Positions 58,462 to 64,000 of a stretch of DNA of 64,000 nucleotides are shown piece by piece. Source of the stretch: Albugo candida (taxonomy: Eukaryota). Below the pieces are notes generated by a model, which worked only from the letters and a program-made list of their open reading frames with translations, had not been told where the DNA came from and ran no database searches. Both the position numbers and the translations under genes were made by a program. Numbering within the stretch: the first letter of the stretch is position 1; each line of letters starts with the position of its first letter. Location of the stretch: contig JBDOQK010000016.1 of assembly GCA_040437565.1 (NCBI GenBank), positions 372,001-436,000 of the forward strand. The letters run 5' to 3'.

Positions 58462-60264
58462 CTACATACTTGAGTTTGTCTCGTTGACTAGATCTGTCGC
58501 AAGATCAGCAAACTTTTGCTGCGGAAAAAAGGTTGATAGAAGCTTGTAATTTCAAAAGTAATAACTTACCCGAAGATTTCTGATAGCTTCATTTAGCTCA
58601 TTCGCATTTACTGTTTCCGCTTCAGAAAAATTACATTAGTGTACTTTAAAATGTTGACAGTCCTTACCGATTTGCAGCGTTTTCGTGTCACGAGATTCCA
58701 AATGTTGCTCGTAAAACAACACTTCCAATTTGTGTAAGTGTCGTCTCAAGGTCGCAACATCGCGTCCGAATCCTTCCATTTCCATTCTCCGCCGAGTTTC
58801 CAGCGAGCGGTAGCGATTCCGAAGGGATCGAAGACGCGCTTGTAAATCTTCCGTACGCTGACGATAGGTATCTTGCATCGAGCCAATCTGATCTTTCAAT
58901 CCACTAATTTCACGCTCACGAGTCTGCAATTGCTTTTGTTGAATCTTCTCTTTATCTCGGTCGTGGATAGATTCCTTTCTACTTGTCAAGCTTGATAATT
59001 CATTCTCTTGATGTTCCAGCAATCGGTATCGTTCCTGTAGTGAAGAGAGCTCTTCTAACACCAGCCGCTCGTTCTCTTGTGAATTGTGACGTAATACCAA
59101 GTATTCTGCTGTAGTCTGGTGAAGTATACGATTTGTTTTATCCAATTCTTTCTCCAACTGCCGATTTCGTTGAATAGCCTCATCACACTTTTGAGTTTGC
59201 TTGTTTCTGATCATAGAAAGTTGTGCTGTGAGCATCTGATACAAAAAGAAGTGAGTACTGATGCTCCTTTCACCGATAAAGAGTGCTCAAAGCACCTGAA
59301 TACGTTCTTCGGCATTTTTTTCCCGCACTGCATAGTCTTCTTTCACAATGTTCATCTTCTTTTGCGCAAGAGCGAGTTCTTGGGTCAGATTTTCAATTTT
59401 CAATGAATCTTGCTAAAGAGAGATCGCATCATCAAAGAGCGTTCCCTCGTAACAAAATAGTAATTACCGATTGCGTTTTTGTATCGGCTATCGATTTTCT
59501 GTGCACATCGGAGATTGTTTGATTCGTTGATTTATCGGAGATTGCTTTTCTCTTCTGATTTGTAGTTTTTGTCCTCGCGGCGACCGATCCTATGTACATG
59601 GTTGAAGGATACGCATATATCTGAGGTATCATAGCTGCATCATCCACAGTTTTGGGGCTCTAAAATTATACTTGCTTGAACGAGGAAGCAAAATATTCCT
59701 TCAGTGGCTTACCTCATCTAAGATTGGCTCTGATATTGTCAGTAAGCGCTCAATTTTATCCCGATCCACCTTTTCCTGACTTCGCAGAATTTCATTCTCT
59801 GTTTGTATTACTTGTATATGGCTCTTTTGCTTGTATAAATCTTGTTCAAGAGAGGTAAGGCTTTTCTCGAGACGCTCAATCTAATGAAAGCAGCACAGGT
59901 TTGAGAGTTGTCAGTGTAGTTACACGAACGTACAAGTAGAATTGATCACCTCTTTGTCTCTAGCTCGAAGTGTCCATTTTAGTCGATGACTTTGTTCCTT
60001 GGAAATCTATAATTCCTGTCAGCTTCCATATTGAATGTTGATGGAATGTCGTACCTCAATCCTAGCTATATGTTGCATGAAAGTCTCGCGTTCATGATGA
60101 AATTGAGTACAGCGCTGCCGGTAGTATTCGAGCAGTGTTCCATTCTTATCCGTATCATCAGTTTTTGTATTGGCATATTCAATTTCACCGATGCTTTTTG
60201 ATGAATACGGACGGGCTCCTGTAAACGTCAATAGGCCATCCGCGTCAATCTTTTCCGACGCCAT
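58462..60264 (-). CDS. CCDC77: CCDC77-like centriolar coiled-coil protein, multi-exon
   Basis: LLEYYRQRC; HRLKWTLRARDKE; TTAEYLVLR; RYRSLETRRRMEMEGFGRDVATLRRHL parallel CCDC77 as recalled. Confidence 0.7.
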
Positions 60265-60583
60265 GTCTGAACATTCAAATATCATCGATGTTACGCTAAG
60301 GTGGCACAACCACAGGCGATTCATGTATACCGAATGTAGCTGCTTGAAAAAAACATAGCTATCATGTGTCGATTACGTTTTGTATCGAATGTAATGTTTG
60401 ACACGTCGAATCTTGTCACCCATTCCCTCCTTGCCTTTCCAGGTTATACGCCACGTGATTCGCCAGTCTGTCTCTGACTCAGCGGTACTATTGGTCGGTT
60501 CTGAATTCTGATTGATAGAAATTCCACCGCATTCAAACAAAATTATAAATTCATAGGTCATTTTTCTATTGAGCAAGCTCAAA

Positions 60584-61222
60584 ATGGACAATTTTCGCGT
60601 TATAGTGAATCGAGCTGGCAATACACTTTTTGTTGTCGGTTCGAGTGCTGCGGTAATCGGAAAGGAGAAAGGACTGCAAGCTTTTCATGCGGCGTCTGGA
60701 GCTGCCGCCATAGGGAGAGAAAAAGTGAAAAGCACGAATGCATTTCAGACAGCGTGTAATGCCGCTGCTGTTGGAAAGGAGAAGGCTAGCGCAACAGCAA
60801 CCGTTGGGAAAACTAAAGCTTCATCCGCTTATACGCTACTCAAAAGTCGTTTACAACGGCGTAGTTCAGACCCAACGTGCGAGTCGAATCCAGCGGTGGT
60901 ATCTGGATCAAAGGAGTTCTATAAGTACGAAATGACCGAAGAGGAGCGTCGAAAGAAAAGAGCAGAATCGAAAAGAAGAGCAGCAAAGAACGGGACCTCA
61001 AGTAGTAGTAGTCGTCGCAAGGAGCGTCGAAGTCAGACATCAGAGCGCTCGAAAAGCACTCTCAATGGCGAATTCTCAGACAAAGAGCATATTAGAAAAC
61101 TCCGATCCAAGTCAACAGTCTCAAGTCATCCGGAGCATACAAAAGAACGACGTAAAACGAACCGGGACGGAAGCGATCGAACCAACTCGCGCTCGAAAAC
61201 GACCCGTGAAATGAACCTATAG
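60584..61222 (+). CDS. Hypothetical 212-aa protein with AAAxG[KR]EK repeats and basic Ser-rich tail
   Basis: Intact ORF with four degenerate repeats. Confidence 0.6.
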   Translation: MDNFRVIVNRAGNTLFVVGSSAAVIGKEKGLQAFHAASGAAAIGREKVKSTNAFQTACNAAAVGKEKASATATVGKTKASSAYTLLKSRLQRRSSDPTCESNPAVVSGSKEFYKYEMTEEERRKKRAESKRRAAKNGTSSSSSRRKERRSQTSERSKSTLNGEFSDKEHIRKLRSKSTVSSHPEHTKERRKTNRDGSDRTNSRSKTTREMNL

Positions 61223-63237
61223 AGGGGCTTCCAATGTTGGTGAAATCAAGTTATGCAATATTGGTTATTTGAAATGCTTCCCCGCTCGACTTCATTTACA
61301 TTGCAAAAGTATTAGAAAACAGTAAATTACGTGTTATTAAATAAAGAGGAAGAATCCATTCAAACTTCTAGGACCCCTGACGTGTGTTCCAAGTAATTTT
61401 ACCTCAATTAGGCTTTCTTTATCTAGTTTGCAGGTGTCTAGAGCTGACAAACAGCTCAGCAATCCGCACCCGCATTCGTTTGCAAGAGCGAGTGCTCATT
61501 CTTTCTTTTCAAATGTCTCAAAAGCGTTTCTCATTCTACCTTCGGCTCACCCGTCGAGTTATTATGTAAAGCTGTGAGAGTAGAATATGAGCCGTAATCA
61601 CAATATTACTTGCACGCTAAACAAACGGTCACGTACATCAGCATCAGCAGTACAATCAAGTTGAAAATATATAATACCGTCAACTCATCGATCTCCTCCA
61701 AACCTTTTTAATCTATGTCGCTATATGCGCTAATCGATTTGTTCTTTTTCGCTACGCAATACCATTCAGTCGTTGGACATCGAACAATATAGGGTGTTGT
61801 TTTAGGAGATGCGCATAGAGACGCCTCTTCAAAACTTGATAAAGATCGATTCAAAATCCACATATCCTCTTCCTTCAGCCTTGAAAGTAATTGGCCTCAG
61901 TTATATGGTATTGTATCTATCTTGCTAGTCTCTCGATTAAATCGTTCTACTCAGCCTTGAATATTGGTAAGTCTTCTACTACTCCGAACGGTAAAAACAG
62001 ACTACGCTTAGTATGAGTTTCCTCAGTTTGATCGGCCTCTCTTCCCACCAGCACGGTACCAAATGTTCATCATGATGCAGCTTGTCGCATTACTGAGTCG
62101 TGTTGGCATTATAAGATTTATCGGCGAGAATGCTGTCGATACTCTTTTTGAGGACATTTTGCAGCTGATTGCTCGTATCCTTGCAAAACTCCGCTTCAGG
62201 CTTTTTATCCCATTGTGCTTTCTTTTCTACTCCGCGTAGCTCGTTGGATACTCACCTCTTCTATCAGATATCCATGATAATAATGCCGTGTAAGATCAGG
62301 AAATCTTCCCGAACTAGTGGCAAACACTTTGCCATACATTGAATGTCATGAGGATTCTTGATTCATAGCGTTTCCTTTCTGCATGTTCATCGTGCACGAA
62401 TCTAAACACTCACTTGGTTGCCCGCCGCCTTCGTGTCTTTTTTTTTCGTAGAATCACTAAGAGCGTTAAATTTTCCTTGGGATAGATTTGCCAGCCCGGG
62501 AAGCATCGTAATTAATCGGTAAGCAAAATCGATTCAGTATCCATCTGTTCAACGCCATGTTCGTCTAATTGCATAATAAATGCTCATAAATATAATATCC
62601 TGTTCATCAGTATGATGACATTAAACATCTTCCCCTCAATCAAACAATGTGAACATTAAAATTTTGTGGCTTTGGATGTGAGCTGAGCGAGTCAGCTTCA
62701 CACCCATCGGATCCGTGTTGATACGATATACTTGACATCATGTCGTGATTAAAAACGTAAACAAAACACTCGCATTCCGTTGATGTTGGGTACACATTCA
62801 AAAGGTCTGGCTTACAGCAAACGGTAAACATACGGCTTTACCGGTACTTTCCAAGCATAATAACAAATCATCCACNNNNNNNNNNNNNNNNNNNNNNNNN
62901 NNNNNNNNNNNNNNNNNNNNNNNNNNNNNNNNNNNNNNNNNNNNNNNNNNNNNNNNNNNNNNNNNNNNNNNNNNNACCGGTACTTTCCAAGCATAATAAC
63001 AAATCATCCACTACACCTTAATGCTGCTCATTTTTGCTACCTGTAAATGTCCAAGCCATTTATGCCGTATACTTGCTTCCTCTTGTTTGTCGTGCACATG
63101 TCAGATTGACGGTTAGAACTTCATTGCATAAATGGATGAACACTTTGTCTACTCTTGAGTTGCCCGATCAAACTACTCTGTACGCTGTAAGTAAATTCCT
63201 CTAGTGAACTTGAGAGCACAGAGTACTGTGTAATTAA

Positions 63238-63881
63238 TCCTGTCGTAGACACAAATTACGCTGCAAGTCGCATCAAATTCGAACTCGGAAGAAGTACTTG
63301 GGTATTTTCAAGATTTCACATCGAGATGATCCGATCGACTTCAAAAGTATGACCATTTGCTGGGTGAGACTAGTGAAAGATATTCTACCGCTAGCATAAT
63401 TTACCAAAGCCAGATAAAGGGAATTGCTATTTCCACCCACCACGTGACATTCTGAATAATCCGATTACGGCGTTATTTTCACTCACCTTTTTATGTAAGG
63501 GGCACTTCTNNNNNNNNNNNNNNNNNNNNNNNNNNNNNNNNNNNNNNNNNNNNNNNNNNNNNNNNNNNNNNNNNNNNNNNNNNNNNNNNNNNNNNNNNNN
63601 NNNNNNNNNTCCTGTCGTAGACACAAATTACGCTGCAAGTCGCATCAAATTCGAACTCGGAAGAAGTACTTGGGTATTTTCAAGATTTCACATCGAGATG
63701 ATCCGATCGACTTCAAAAGTATGACCATTTGCTGGGTGAGACTAGTGAAAGATATTCTACCGCTAGCATAATTTACCAAAGCCAGATAAAGGGAATTGCT
63801 ATTTCCACCCACCACGTGACATTCTGAATAATCCGATTACGGCGTTATTTTCACTCACCTTTTTATGTAAGGGGCACTTCT
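63238..63881. repeat. Assembly-overlap duplication (63238-63509 = 63610-63881)
   Basis: Identical flanks around the N-gap. Confidence 0.95.
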
Positions 63882-64000
63882 CTCAGAAGTATTGATTGGT
63901 AGACCCACCCTGGATGCATATAATCTGCCAGAACGGCCTGTCTCCAAGAGTATTGAAAATCGGCTATCCGTGTCGCATCGGTACGAGATAATATAGAGTA

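Noticed and set aside
61350-64000. Probable degenerate or intron-rich minus-strand gene
   Set aside because: Splice-like sites are present, but frames are broken, two gaps intervene and no family was recognised.

Overview
Eukaryotic, intron-containing DNA from an oomycete draft scaffold. An Albugo-like white-rust is the likeliest source; this is inferred from short GT-AG introns of about 40-70 nt, very tight gene packing, moderate GC, an LYLAK-type Crinkler relic and flagellar/centriolar genes. The window has three parts. (1) 1-8.5 kb, compact housekeeping genes: DnaJ, glycine cleavage H, an EF-hand/PH/EDR2-C protein, exosome RRP43 and a nuclear-encoded mitochondrial-type TatB. (2) ~8.6-24.4 kb, a gene-sparse 'graveyard' island: a decayed CRN kinase effector, a ~160 bp direct-repeat pair, a secreted aspartic-protease-like ORF lacking the DTG motif, a decayed TKL kinase, a prolyl-4-hydroxylase with a duplicated insert, and frameshifted ALDH12 and NMD3 copies. 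(3) 24.7-61.2 kb, dense conserved genes: eIF2-alpha, a GH5 with a mutated nucleophile, cytochrome b5, EFHC/RIB72, a coiled-coil protein, a PX protein, a BetB-like ALDH, a ModF-like ABC ATPase, a FAMeT-like+NCBP3 protein, Top2, a glucan synthase-MFS fusion, DUF3228, a K+ channel, a TKL kinase and CCDC77. There are ten 100-N gaps; eight are flanked by duplicated sequence that is an assembly artefact. All family calls come from motif recognition by eye, not database searches.
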